Positions 32,437-42,439 of a stretch of DNA of 64,000 nt are shown one piece after another. A program made the translations under genes and the position numbers. The notes beneath the pieces were generated by a model. It was not told where the DNA came from, ran no database searches, and worked only from the letters and a program-made list of their open reading frames with translations. The stretch is taken from contig CAIOAT010000004.1 in the NCBI GenBank assembly GCA_903856085.1, forward strand, positions 20,722-84,721. The letters are read 5' to 3'. This stretch comes from Candidatus Omnitrophota bacterium. Its GTDB lineage: Bacteria > Omnitrophota > Omnitrophia > Omnitrophales > Aquincolibacteriaceae. Numbering within the stretch: the stretch's first letter is position 1; each line of letters starts with the position of its first letter.

Positions 32437-33734
32437 TCAAAATGAATCGCTTTGTATCTCTCGGCGTTTTTTTAATCATTGGGATCGTAGCGAGCGCCAT
32501 CGCGCTTCGATCCGCGGAGCATCTTTCGATCCATGCGGGAAAGCATGCCGAAAAAGCGGTTTATTATTGCCCGATGCATCCCAACTATACTTCCGACCGG
32601 CCCGGCAACTGTCCGATCTGTAACATGACGCTTGTGAAGCGCGAAAGAAAAGAAGAATCAGGATCTATGCCGGGAATGTCCATGCCCGAGGGATCTACTG
32701 TCGTGCCGGGATCCGCGCCCAAAGTCTTCACGGTCGCACAGCTCATGGCCATGAAACCGGGTGAGATCTGTTTGCTTCATAAATGCAAGATGGGGCAATG
32801 CATGCTCGCCATGACGCCGGAATTCGCCCGGCTCGGGAAATGCCCGCACTGCGGGGAAGACCTCGGCGTCATTGTGAAAGAAGCTCTCCCGCAGGGTTAC
32901 GCGCAGGTCCAACTCGGCGCCGAGAAACAGCAGGTGATCGGCGTCAAGACCGCGCTTGTTCAGAAAATGGGGCTCGCCAAAACGATCCGTGTTTCCGGTC
33001 GCATCGCCTACGATCCGGAACTTTATCAAGCCGAAGAAGAATACCTTCAAGCCGCGCAGGCTTTTGAGAAAGCCGGGACTGCAGATCCGGAGATCAAAGA
33101 GCAGGCCGCCAAGCTGGTGGATTCTGCGAAGATCAAGCTGCGTCTTTTGGGTCTGAGCGATTCGATCGTGCAGGAGATCGAGAAGGCGGGGAAGCCGGAC
33201 CGTTCACTTCTTTATTCCGACGCGGGAGGCAAAGTTTGGCTTTATGCGCCGATTTATGAATATGAAATGCCTTTTGTCCATGTCGGAGATACGGTCGAAG
33301 TCGAGGTTCCGGCTGTTTCTGACCAAAAATTTCACGGAATCCTTCGAGCGCTGGATTCGGTGGTGGATCCGGTGACGCGGTCCATTCGCGTTCGCGCGCA
33401 GCTTGAGAATCCGGATGGTATTTTGAAACCTGAAATGTATGTGAATGTGATGCTTCAAACAAACCTCGGGGAACAGATCGCCGTGCCGGAGGAAGCCGTT
33501 TTCGCAACAGGGGAAAAGAACATCGTCTTTGTGGTAAAGGAAAACAATGTTTTCGAACCTCGGGAAGTCGGGTTGGGCGCGAAGGCGGACCGTTTTTATC
33601 AGATCAAGAGCGGACTTCAGGAAGGCGAAAAGGTCGTCACCAGCGGAAATTTCCTGATCGATTCCGAAAGCCGTCTTAAATCCGCTCTGGAGGGAGCTGG
33701 GAGTAGCGGAGGCGGGGAGCACAGCCATGGCTAA
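32433..33734 (+). CDS. cusB: efflux RND periplasmic adaptor subunit with N-terminal heavy-metal binding domain (CusB-like)
   Basis: YYCPMHPNY..CPICNM metal-binding motif followed by HlyD-like beta-barrel/lipoyl regions. Overlaps the cusC stop by 4 nt. Confidence 0.8.
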   Translation: MIKMNRFVSLGVFLIIGIVASAIALRSAEHLSIHAGKHAEKAVYYCPMHPNYTSDRPGNCPICNMTLVKRERKEESGSMPGMSMPEGSTVVPGSAPKVFTVAQLMAMKPGEICLLHKCKMGQCMLAMTPEFARLGKCPHCGEDLGVIVKEALPQGYAQVQLGAEKQQVIGVKTALVQKMGLAKTIRVSGRIAYDPELYQAEEEYLQAAQAFEKAGTADPEIKEQAAKLVDSAKIKLRLLGLSDSIVQEIEKAGKPDRSLLYSDAGGKVWLYAPIYEYEMPFVHVGDTVEVEVPAVSDQKFHGILRALDSVVDPVTRSIRVRAQLENPDGILKPEMYVNVMLQTNLGEQIAVPEEAVFATGEKNIVFVVKENNVFEPREVGLGAKADRFYQIKSGLQEGEKVVTSGNFLIDSESRLKSALEGAGSSGGGEHSHG

Positions 33735-33808
33735 CATTCAAAAATTAATAGAAGCTAGGACAGTTCCTGCCAACCCTTCTGGAAATAAAATGAAAGGCAA
33801 GGGCCTGC

Positions 33809-36800
33809 ATGTCGGATGAGAGAGAGTCCTCTCCAAAATTAAGACAAGGCGGGTGGATCGAAAAGGTCATTGAGTTTTCGGCCCATAACAAGCTCCTGAT
33901 CTTCGTTCTGACTGCAGTTGCGATCGTTACGGCCGTCTGGTCTCTTCAGAATATTCCGCTTGATGCCATTCCCGATCTGTCCGACACACAGGTCATTATC
34001 TATTCTAAATGGGATCGCAGTCCGGACATCATTGAAGATCAAGTAACTTATCCGATTGTGACGGCGATGCTGGGCGCCCCGAACGTGAAGGCGGTCCGCG
34101 GATTTTCAGATTTCGGTTTTTCCTACGTTTACGTGATCTTTAAGGATGGGACCGATCTTTATTGGGCGAGGAGCAGGACGCTCGAATATCTGAGCAAGAT
34201 CATCCCGCGGCTCCCGCAAGGCGTCCAAACCGAACTTGGGCCGGATGCAACGGGCGTAGGCTGGGTTTTTCAATACGCGCTGGTAGACAAGACCGGTAAA
34301 CATAATCTGCAGGAGCTTCGCAGTTTCCAGGATTGGTTTTTGCGCTATCACCTGCAAAGCGTTCCCGGGGTCGCGGAAGTCGCGTCGCTTGGTGGTTTTG
34401 TTAAACAATACCAGATCACAGTCGACCCGAACCGTCTTTTGGCCTACAACATTCCGATCACCAAGGTCATGGACGCGGTCCGAAGCGGTAACCAGGAAAC
34501 CGGCGGCCGGCTCATGGAATTTTCCGGTGCGGAATACATGGTGCGCGGCCGGGGTTACGCGAAATCCGTCCAGGATTTCGAGAATATCGTGGTGAGTGTG
34601 GATCCCAAGGGAACGCCCGTTCTTGTAAAAAATCTTGGGGTCGTGGCGATCGGTCCGGAGATCCGCCGGGGTCTTGCGGACTTGAACGGAGAAGGCGATG
34701 TGGTTTCAGGAACCGTGATCATGCGCTCCGGTGAGAATGCGTTAAATGTGATCCGGCGCGTGAAAACACGGATCGAAGAACTCAAGCCGTCATTCCCTCC
34801 GGGTGTGGAACTTGAGATCACGTATGACCGATCCGAACTGATCCTGCACGCCATTGATACGCTAAGGCATCAGCTCGCGGAAGAAATGTTGATCGTGAGC
34901 TTTGTGATCCTGCTTTTTCTTTGGCATTTTCCCTCCGCCATCGTCCCGATCATTACGATCCCGATCTCGGTCCTGCTTTCTTTTATTTTTCTGCACCGCA
35001 TGAATCTTACTTCCAACATCATGTCACTTTCCGGTATCGCTATTTCCATCGGCGTACTGGTGGACGGTGCGATCGTAGAGGTGGAGAATGCCTACAAACG
35101 GTTAGAACAGTGGATCGCGGGCGGCCGCAAAGGGGACTTCCATCTCATCCGGCTTCAGGCGCTTAAGGAAGTGGGTCCCGCGGTGTTCTTTTCGCTCCTC
35201 GTGATCGCGGTTTCGTTTCTTCCGGTGTTTACGCTCCTGGACCAAGAGGGCCGACTTTTCAAGCCACTTGCTTGGGCTAAAACTCTCGCGATGGCCGCGG
35301 CGGCGATCCTGGCGATTACGCTGGACCCGGCCCTGCGCATGCTTTTTTCGAGGATGGACCCGATCAAGTTCAAATTGCCATTCTTTTCGAAGAAAGTCGA
35401 GAACGGGATCTCTAAGGTGGCGACGACACTTGCGGTCGGAACTTATTACCCGGAGGAAAAACATCCGGTCAGCAAAATCCTCTTTAAAATTTATGAACCT
35501 GCCTGCAGGTTCGTTCTCAAGCACCGCAAAGCGACGCTCATAACGGTCCTTCTCCTGGTTCTGACCACGGTCCCGGTTTATTTTAAATTAGGCTCCGAGT
35601 TCATGCCGCCGCTTTGGGAAGAGAACCTTCTTTACATGCCGACGACATTGCCGGGGATCTCGGTGACCGAAGCGCAATCGCTTTTACAAAAACAGGACAA
35701 GATTCTCAAAACCTTTCCTGAGGTCGAACGGGTGTTCGGAAAATCCGGGCGCATGGAAAGTTCCACGGATCCCGCACCTTTTTCCATGATGGAGACCGTT
35801 ATTCTTTTGAAGCCGGAAAAAGACTGGTCCAGGAAAGAGCGGTGGTATTCCAAAGGGGTCCCGGAACTTTTCCGTGGACCGTTCAGGTGGATCTGGCCCG
35901 AGCATATCTCCCGCGAAGAACTTATCGGAAAGTTGGATGAAGCGCTCAAGATCCCCGGAACCACGAACGCCTGGACCCTGCCGATCAAGAACCGGATCGA
36001 TATGCTTTCCACCGGCGTCCGAACGCCGATAGGTATCAAGGTGCTGGGTGCGGATGTCAAAGAGATCGAAAAGATCGGGATGCAGTTGGAGAGGGTCCTG
36101 AAGGATGTCCAAGGAACCCGGAGCATTTACGCGGAACGGGCCGCAGGCGGTTATTTCCTGGATTTTGATATCAAGCGCGAGGCCCTGGCGCGCTACGGTC
36201 TTTCCATCGCGGAAGTTCAAGCGGTCATCAATTCGGCCATCGGTGGCGAGGACATTACGACAACCATTGAAGGTCGCGAACGTTATCCTGTGAATGTCCG
36301 CTATTCCCGTGAATTCCGCGACGACATTGAAAAGTTGAAAAGAGTTCTGGTGGCGACTGCGACCGGCCAGCAAATTCCGATCGCGGAACTTGCGGAGATT
36401 CGAAAGGTTTCGGGACCTGCCATGATCCGGAACGAGAACGGTCTTTTGGCGGGGTATGTGTATGTGGATATGGCGGGACGCGATATCGGAAGTTATGTTC
36501 AGGAAGCCAAAAAGATCGCGGCACGCGAACTCAAATTATCGCAGGGGTACACGCTCGTCTGGAGCGGACAGTATGAGAACATGATCCGCGTCAAAGAGCG
36601 GCTCAAGGTCATTTTGCCGCTCACACTCTTTCTGATCTGCCTTCTGCTTTATATGAACACGAAATCTGCGGTAAAAACCGGGATCGTGTTGTTGGCTGTT
36701 CCTTTTTCACTGGTCGGGGCCGTCTGGCTCTTGTGGATCCTGGGTTATCACGTTTCCATCGCGGTGTGGGTCGGGATGATCGCGCTCATGGGGCTGGATG

Positions 36801-37165
36801 CCGAGACGGGTGTGTTCATGCTTCTTTTTCTCGATCTCTCTTACCACGCAGCGGTTGAGAAAAAACAGATGCGCTCGGAAAAAGACCTCGAAGAATCCAT
36901 CATCCACGGTGCCGTCAAACGTGTGCGGCCCAAAATGATGACCGTGATGGCGGCGTTCATGGGCCTTCTGCCGATCATGTGGGCCGCGGGTGCGGGTTCG
37001 GATGCCATGAAACGTATCGCGGCGCCGATGATCGGCGGGCTTACGACCTCTTTTATTCTGGAGTTATTGGTATACCCCGTCATTTATTTTATATGGAAAT
37101 GGAGGTTTGAAATGAAACAAGGAAAAGCTGTTTGGATCGAATCAACTAAAGGAGAATCAATATGA
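33809..37165 (+). CDS. cusA: CusA/CzcA family heavy-metal efflux RND transporter
   Basis: 1118 aa, 12 TM, two large periplasmic loops. Conserved RND motifs (GIAISIGVLVDGAIV, methionine-rich periplasmic cleft). Confidence 0.85.
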   Translation: MSDERESSPKLRQGGWIEKVIEFSAHNKLLIFVLTAVAIVTAVWSLQNIPLDAIPDLSDTQVIIYSKWDRSPDIIEDQVTYPIVTAMLGAPNVKAVRGFSDFGFSYVYVIFKDGTDLYWARSRTLEYLSKIIPRLPQGVQTELGPDATGVGWVFQYALVDKTGKHNLQELRSFQDWFLRYHLQSVPGVAEVASLGGFVKQYQITVDPNRLLAYNIPITKVMDAVRSGNQETGGRLMEFSGAEYMVRGRGYAKSVQDFENIVVSVDPKGTPVLVKNLGVVAIGPEIRRGLADLNGEGDVVSGTVIMRSGENALNVIRRVKTRIEELKPSFPPGVELEITYDRSELILHAIDTLRHQLAEEMLIVSFVILLFLWHFPSAIVPIITIPISVLLSFIFLHRMNLTSNIMSLSGIAISIGVLVDGAIVEVENAYKRLEQWIAGGRKGDFHLIRLQALKEVGPAVFFSLLVIAVSFLPVFTLLDQEGRLFKPLAWAKTLAMAAAAILAITLDPALRMLFSRMDPIKFKLPFFSKKVENGISKVATTLAVGTYYPEEKHPVSKILFKIYEPACRFVLKHRKATLITVLLLVLTTVPVYFKLGSEFMPPLWEENLLYMPTTLPGISVTEAQSLLQKQDKILKTFPEVERVFGKSGRMESSTDPAPFSMMETVILLKPEKDWSRKERWYSKGVPELFRGPFRWIWPEHISREELIGKLDEALKIPGTTNAWTLPIKNRIDMLSTGVRTPIGIKVLGADVKEIEKIGMQLERVLKDVQGTRSIYAERAAGGYFLDFDIKREALARYGLSIAEVQAVINSAIGGEDITTTIEGRERYPVNVRYSREFRDDIEKLKRVLVATATGQQIPIAELAEIRKVSGPAMIRNENGLLAGYVYVDMAGRDIGSYVQEAKKIAARELKLSQGYTLVWSGQYENMIRVKERLKVILPLTLFLICLLLYMNTKSAVKTGIVLLAVPFSLVGAVWLLWILGYHVSIAVWVGMIALMGLDAETGVFMLLFLDLSYHAAVEKKQMRSEKDLEESIIHGAVKRVRPKMMTVMAAFMGLLPIMWAAGAGSDAMKRIAAPMIGGLTTSFILELLVYPVIYFIWKWRFEMKQGKAVWIESTKGESI

Positions 37166-37494
37166 AAAAGCTGTTAGCTGTCGTGTTGTTGGTGATGTTT
37201 CTCATTCCGCTTGCGGTCTTGCCGGTATTTGCGAATGAAAAGGTTGTGAATGTTGGGAACAAAATTTGTCCGGTTTCCGGCGATCCTGTGTCTGGGACAA
37301 GTTTTGTCGAGTATCAAGGCAAGCGGTACGGTCTTTGCTGCCCGATGTGCAAAGCGCCATTCCTGAAAGATCCGGTCAAATATATCGCCCAGATGGAAGC
37401 AAAGGAAAAAGCATCCGCTTCTGCGACGGCGGTAGTTCCGGTCAATTCCAAGTCTGAGAAAATGGAAAAAGGTATGGAGCAGGGGAGTCTTTAA
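37162..37494 (+). CDS. YHS-domain (TRASH-like) metal-binding protein, secreted
   Basis: Signal peptide, then CPVSG..YQGKRYGLCCPMCK matching the YHS pattern C.v.G...y.G.tY.FC...C. Start overlaps the cusA stop (ATGA). Confidence 0.5.
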   Translation: MKKLLAVVLLVMFLIPLAVLPVFANEKVVNVGNKICPVSGDPVSGTSFVEYQGKRYGLCCPMCKAPFLKDPVKYIAQMEAKEKASASATAVVPVNSKSEKMEKGMEQGSL

Positions 37495-38594
37495 TGAGCG
37501 GAGGGACGAACTGCTGCGAAGACGGGAACGTCGAGTCCCCGCAAGCGTGCCGGGGGCATAAGCCTCCGGCTTGTTGTGCCGGCGGGAAGATGCGAAAAAG
37601 GCCATGGTATCGGAACGGTCTTTTGTGGGTTTCTCTTTCCTCGGCGATCTTGTTAGGCGCGTCCTTTCTTTTTCCGGCGCTTCGGCCGTTTTACGACGCA
37701 TTCATGCATTACACGCGCATGGTGTTTTGGCCGATCGCGATCGGTTTTTTCCTCGGGGGATTGATTGATCATTTTGTGTCGAAGGAATATATTTCCAAGC
37801 ATCTGGCGATCCCAAAAAAGCGTACGATCTTTTATTCTGTGGGTTTGGGATTTTTGATGAGTGCCTGCTGCCACGGAATCCTTGCGATTTCCATGGAGGT
37901 TTATAAGAAGGGCGCTTCCGGTCCCGCGGTGGTGAGCTTTCTCCTGGCGAGTCCGTGGGCGAACCTTCCAATCACAATCCTCCTTTTTGGATTTTTTGGA
38001 TGGAAGGCGCTCTTGATCGTCCTTGGGGCGCTTTTGATCGCCCTGAATACCGGACTGATCCTGCAAGGTCTTGAGCATTTTGGAAAGATCGAAAAAAATC
38101 CGAACTCACTTGAGGTCGGAAAAGATTTTTCCATCCTGAAGGATATGGCCGGAAAGTTCCGGAATTATCACTGGACCCGAGAGTCGTTGGTTGCTGATGT
38201 CCGCGGGGTCTGGGCCGGGGTTCTCAATCTAAGTGATATGGTTCTCCTATGGATCCTGATCGGGATGGTTCTGGCCGGTCTGATTTCAGCGTTCGTGCCT
38301 TCGTCTATTTTTCACCAATATCTCGGCCCGACGCTCCTAGGACTCTTCGCGACGCTCGGGATGGCGGCAGTGATCGAAGTTTGTTCACAGGGAACCGCGC
38401 CGCTCGCCTTCGAAATTTATCGGCAGACCGGGGCGTTTGGCAACGCGTTTGCATTCCTGATGGCGGGCGTGGTGACGAATTTCACGCAGATTGCGCTGAT
38501 CTGGAAAAATGTTGGACCCCGTACGGCGCTCTGGATGCTCGCGATCAGCCTTCCGCAGGTGGTTTTGCTGGGGTGGATGCTCAATAAAATCTAA
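37494..38594 (+). CDS. DUF318/ArsP-family permease with Cys-rich N-terminal metal-binding tail
   Basis: N-terminus CCEDGN..ACRGHKPPACCAGG, then about 8 TM with an SACCHG motif at the position of the ArsP TPFCSCS motif. Translationally coupled to the YHS gene. Confidence 0.55.
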   Translation: MSGGTNCCEDGNVESPQACRGHKPPACCAGGKMRKRPWYRNGLLWVSLSSAILLGASFLFPALRPFYDAFMHYTRMVFWPIAIGFFLGGLIDHFVSKEYISKHLAIPKKRTIFYSVGLGFLMSACCHGILAISMEVYKKGASGPAVVSFLLASPWANLPITILLFGFFGWKALLIVLGALLIALNTGLILQGLEHFGKIEKNPNSLEVGKDFSILKDMAGKFRNYHWTRESLVADVRGVWAGVLNLSDMVLLWILIGMVLAGLISAFVPSSIFHQYLGPTLLGLFATLGMAAVIEVCSQGTAPLAFEIYRQTGAFGNAFAFLMAGVVTNFTQIALIWKNVGPRTALWMLAISLPQVVLLGWMLNKI

Positions 38595-38597
38595 AAG

Positions 38598-38653
38598 AGG
38601 GGAACGGGGAACGCGGAAGTTCTTTCGTTACCCGTTAGCCGTTTCCCGTTCCA
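38598..38653. repeat. GC-rich intergenic repeat family, copy B (GGGGAACGGGGAACGCGGAAGTTCTTTCGTTACCCGTTAGCCGTTTCCCGTTCC), forms a long imperfect hairpin
   Basis: Arms GGAACGGGGAACG and CGTTTCCCGTTCC are near-complementary. Lies after the cus-operon stop and overlaps the 3' end of the GT2 gene. Confidence 0.4.
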
Positions 38654-39485
38654 CGAGCTTTTGTACCTCGTCAGCTTCTTTTTCTTTCCCCCGTTTTAAC
38701 GCGCCTTCGATATAGATCCTTGCTTTCTCATCAAGCGTTTTCCGTGCGGCCGTGGTCTGCTCTGGAGTGAGGATGTTCTGTGAAAGAATTTTGGCAAGCG
38801 ACTGGATGCGGAAGCGATCCATGGCAGGGAATTCGCGGGAGCGCTGGTCGGCATGCCCGCCATATTTAAAAATGTAAGGTGTTTCGATCAGGCCGATGGG
38901 GTAGCGCGAAGCGATCCGGAGCCAGAGGTCATAATCCTCGCAGGCCGGAAGCGATTCATCGAAAAGGCCGACCGCGTCGAAAAGTTTCCGGTGCATCATG
39001 ACTGCGGACGGGCTTACGACGCAAAGAGGCAGGCATTTCTCAAAGATCCATCCGCCGAATTTTTTGTGTTTTTTCATCGGATTTACACGCTGGCCGTTCC
39101 GGATCCAGATCTCTTCTGTTTGGCAGATCAGGTAATCCGGATTCTTCTCAAAAAATTTCAACTGAGCCGTAAGTTTTCCCGGTTTCCATTCGTCATCCGA
39201 ATCGAGGAACGCGATCCATTCGCCCTTGGCGTGTTTGATCCCGAGGTTGCGCGCGGCGGAGGGGCCGCGGTTTTCCTGATGGAAAATCCGGGCCATGGGC
39301 CATGGGCCACGGGAATCGTGGTGCGTGGTACTTGGGACGAGGATTTTTTGCATGTCATCTGTGGACCCATCATCCACGATGATAAGTTCAAATTCTGTGC
39401 CTTTTTGCGCAAGGACGGAATTAATCGCTCGCGGAAGGACCGCGGAGCGATTGTAAGTCGGGATGATGACGCTGATAAGAGACAT
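38628..39485 (-). CDS. glycosyltransferase family 2
   Basis: ISVIIPTYNR, DDGSTDD, FLDSDDEW (DxD) motifs. Confidence 0.8.
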   Translation of the reverse strand: MSLISVIIPTYNRSAVLPRAINSVLAQKGTEFELIIVDDGSTDDMQKILVPSTTHHDSRGPWPMARIFHQENRGPSAARNLGIKHAKGEWIAFLDSDDEWKPGKLTAQLKFFEKNPDYLICQTEEIWIRNGQRVNPMKKHKKFGGWIFEKCLPLCVVSPSAVMMHRKLFDAVGLFDESLPACEDYDLWLRIASRYPIGLIETPYIFKYGGHADQRSREFPAMDRFRIQSLAKILSQNILTPEQTTAARKTLDEKARIYIEGALKRGKEKEADEVQKLVERETANG

Positions 39486-39578
39486 GTCCCATTATAACAA
39501 GGGAACTTCAAAGCCGAAAGTAGTGAGGTAAGAGGCGTATCCGTTGACAGCGGAGGAACGAGTCTTATACTATAAGCT

Positions 39579-40637
39579 GTGAGCAGATCCCTGTTTCCCC
39601 AGCAGCTGTCTTTGAAACAACCGTTCGTCCGGAGATTTCTTTTCGGCCTTTTCATTCTCCTGTTCACCCTCCTTGTTTTTTATTTGGATATTTTTTCCAA
39701 AGAGACAATCCCTTTTCACGCTTTTTATTTTCCGTCCATTCTTTTGATGACCTGGTATCTGGGAGAAAGAATAGGAGTTCTGACGACCGGTCTGGTCTCC
39801 CTTCTGTGGTTTGCGGCCGAGCGCGATGTGGGCCATTTTCAAACCACCCAGGCGTTCCTGTCGAACGGGGTAGTTTATTTGGTGACTTTTGTGGCGGTTT
39901 TCTTGTTGGCACGTTTAGTCCGTCACAAAAGCCTTCTGCTCGAGAAGACTTCCGCAGAGCTCGCGCGGTCGAACAGTGAATTGGAACATTTTGCTTATAA
40001 AGCGGCTCATGACCTGCGGTCCCCCCTGACGACCATTTTTGGTTTTACGGAATTTCTTGTCGAGAAATTTAAAAATGCCAACGATGTCGAGGCAAAAGAA
40101 TGCACGGACGGTATTCTCCGGGGCGTCCGGAGCATGAACGCTATGATCAAAGCGCTTCTGGAATACGCGACGGTCATGAAAGAAGAAAAAGACGCTCCGC
40201 TTGCGGATCTTGAGAAAGTGATCGCGGAAACTCTGGAGAATCTTCGCGTCGAGAGCCTCGAGAAAAAGGCCTCCATAACACACGATCCCCTGCCGGTTCT
40301 TGCGATCAGTCCCGGTCTTGCCGGGGTGCTTTTTCAAAACTTGATCGGTAATGCGATGAAGTATTGCGAAAAGGAACCGCGCGTCCATCTCTCCGCTGTT
40401 CGTAAGGGAAAAGAATGGCTTTTTTCGATTCAAGACAACGGGATCGGGATTCCGGAAGAATCCCGGGAACGTGTTTTCGTCATGTTCGAAAAATTGTTAA
40501 CACGGCAGAAATATCCGGGTTCGGGGATCGGTCTTGCCACTTGCCAGAAGATCGTGGAGCGTTACGGCGGGCGCATCTGGGTCGAATCTAATCCTGGGGG
40601 AGGCTCGACTTTCTTTTTTACCCTGCCTGCCCATTGA
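39579..40637 (+). CDS. membrane sensor histidine kinase
   Basis: GTG start. Four to five N-terminal TM helices. H-box YKAAHDLRSPLTTIFGFTEFL. N-box NLIGNAMKY. G-boxes DNGIGIP and GSGIGLATCQ. Confidence 0.75.
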   Translation: MSRSLFPQQLSLKQPFVRRFLFGLFILLFTLLVFYLDIFSKETIPFHAFYFPSILLMTWYLGERIGVLTTGLVSLLWFAAERDVGHFQTTQAFLSNGVVYLVTFVAVFLLARLVRHKSLLLEKTSAELARSNSELEHFAYKAAHDLRSPLTTIFGFTEFLVEKFKNANDVEAKECTDGILRGVRSMNAMIKALLEYATVMKEEKDAPLADLEKVIAETLENLRVESLEKKASITHDPLPVLAISPGLAGVLFQNLIGNAMKYCEKEPRVHLSAVRKGKEWLFSIQDNGIGIPEESRERVFVMFEKLLTRQKYPGSGIGLATCQKIVERYGGRIWVESNPGGGSTFFFTLPAH

Positions 40638-40731
40638 AACGGAGAGCATTCTTTCCGTGTGTTCGAAGTGGTTTATTTTCTCTTCTTAGGTATAATTCCC
40701 TTCTCAGTATGCCAACGGAAAGTTTTAAAGA

Positions 40732-42222
40732 ATGAAAAAAAAGAACGGGAAAAAATTCAAGATCTTGTTTGCGGCTTCAGAGGCGGTTCCGTTCATCAAA
40801 ACCGGTGGTCTCGGAGACGTCTGTGGCGCACTGCCCAAGATCCTCAAGAAACTCGGTCATGATGTCCGGCTTGTCTTGCCGCGTTATTGGTCCATCAGTA
40901 GGGAGAAATACGGCCTGAAACCTGTTCTGGGGCCGATGGGCGTTTCGACCGGCAACGGCGTCATGTGGTGTCAGGTTTTCGAGGGAAAATCGGACGGATT
41001 CCCGGTCTATTTTATCGAACATGAAAGCTATTTCGGTCGCGCCGGACTTTATGACGACGGCGACCGGGAATTTGCGGACAATCCCGAGCGTTTCGGCTTT
41101 TTTTCGCGCGCCTGCCTCCAGCTTTGCCAAGATCTGAAGTTCCAGCCCGACATCATCCATTGCCACGACTGGCAGACCGCGCTTGTCGCGCCGTACCTGA
41201 AGATCTGGGAGCAGCACAATCCGTTCTTCGCCGGAACCGCGAGCGTTTTCTCGATCCACAATATCGCCTATCAGGGAACCTTCAAGGCCGATGCCTATGG
41301 TTTTCTTGGGCTTGGACGCGACAACTTTACGGATGCCAAGTTCGAGAATTTTGGCGGCATCAATTTCATGAAAGGCGCGATCTTTTATGCCGACGCCGTT
41401 ACGACCGTCAGCCCCACCTACGCCCGGGAGATCCTCGGGGAGCCCGGCGCGAACGGACTTTCAACCTACATCCAGCGCCGCAAGGAGGATCTCTTCGGGA
41501 TCTTGAATGGCGCGGATTACGATCACTGGAATCCGGAAACCGATGAGCTCATTCCGGCAAATTATTCCACTCGCGATCTGTCCGGAAAAAAACTTTGTAA
41601 AAAAGCGTTGCAGGAGGAATTTTTGCTGGATTCCAAAGTGAACGTTCCGGTCGTGGGCATCGTCTCGCGGTTTGCGGAGCAGAAAGGTTTTCAGCACTTG
41701 ATGCTTGTGATGCACCGCATCCTTCGCGATATGGCGGTGCAGTTCGCCATTATCGGAAGCGGGGACAAGGCGCAGGAGGATTTCTTTGGGGGGCTTCCGG
41801 CGCTTTATCCAGGCAGGGTGGGCGCCTGGATCGGTTACAACGAACGCAAGGCGCATCTGATCGAAGCGGGAGCGGATTTTTTTCTGATGCCGTCCCTTTA
41901 TGAACCGTGCGGTCTCAATCAGATCTATAGTTTGAAATATGGAACGCTTCCGATCGCGCGCGCGACCGGCGGGTTGAAGGACTCGATCATTCCTTATGAG
42001 GAAAAAAGTGGTTTTGGGACCGGGTTTCTTTATTCTCAGGGAACACCGGCTGCGATCTATGATACGGTCGGCTGGGCGGTGAGTACGTATTATGACCGGC
42101 CCGAGCACATGGAACTGATGCGCAAACGCGCCATGCTCCAGCATTTCTCCTGGCTCGATGCCGCCAAACAGTACGAAAACGTCTACCAAAAAGCCCTTCT
42201 TCGCCGCGAAACCTGGCAATAA
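40732..42222 (+). CDS. glgA: glycogen synthase (ADP-glucose type, GT5)
   Basis: KTGGLGDV motif at the N-terminus. Rossmann GT-B domains. 496 aa. Confidence 0.85.
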   Translation: MKKKNGKKFKILFAASEAVPFIKTGGLGDVCGALPKILKKLGHDVRLVLPRYWSISREKYGLKPVLGPMGVSTGNGVMWCQVFEGKSDGFPVYFIEHESYFGRAGLYDDGDREFADNPERFGFFSRACLQLCQDLKFQPDIIHCHDWQTALVAPYLKIWEQHNPFFAGTASVFSIHNIAYQGTFKADAYGFLGLGRDNFTDAKFENFGGINFMKGAIFYADAVTTVSPTYAREILGEPGANGLSTYIQRRKEDLFGILNGADYDHWNPETDELIPANYSTRDLSGKKLCKKALQEEFLLDSKVNVPVVGIVSRFAEQKGFQHLMLVMHRILRDMAVQFAIIGSGDKAQEDFFGGLPALYPGRVGAWIGYNERKAHLIEAGADFFLMPSLYEPCGLNQIYSLKYGTLPIARATGGLKDSIIPYEEKSGFGTGFLYSQGTPAAIYDTVGWAVSTYYDRPEHMELMRKRAMLQHFSWLDAAKQYENVYQKALLRRETWQ

Positions 42223-42439
42223 TCTCGCGAAAATTTTTACGAAGCCCACTCAAAAACTCCGTCGGGAAGTGCGTCTTTCCAGCAGCGGCCTCGATGAGAA
42301 ATCCTGGCTTTCGGCCTCCTTAGCGTGGCTCAACACACTTCCCGTTTTCGCAGTCCAGGGAAATGTTAGCAGGCTCGAACTCAGAATAAGGTGCGCCGGG
42401 AAGAAACTCCGCTGGAGGAAAAGGGGCAAATTGAGTAGA

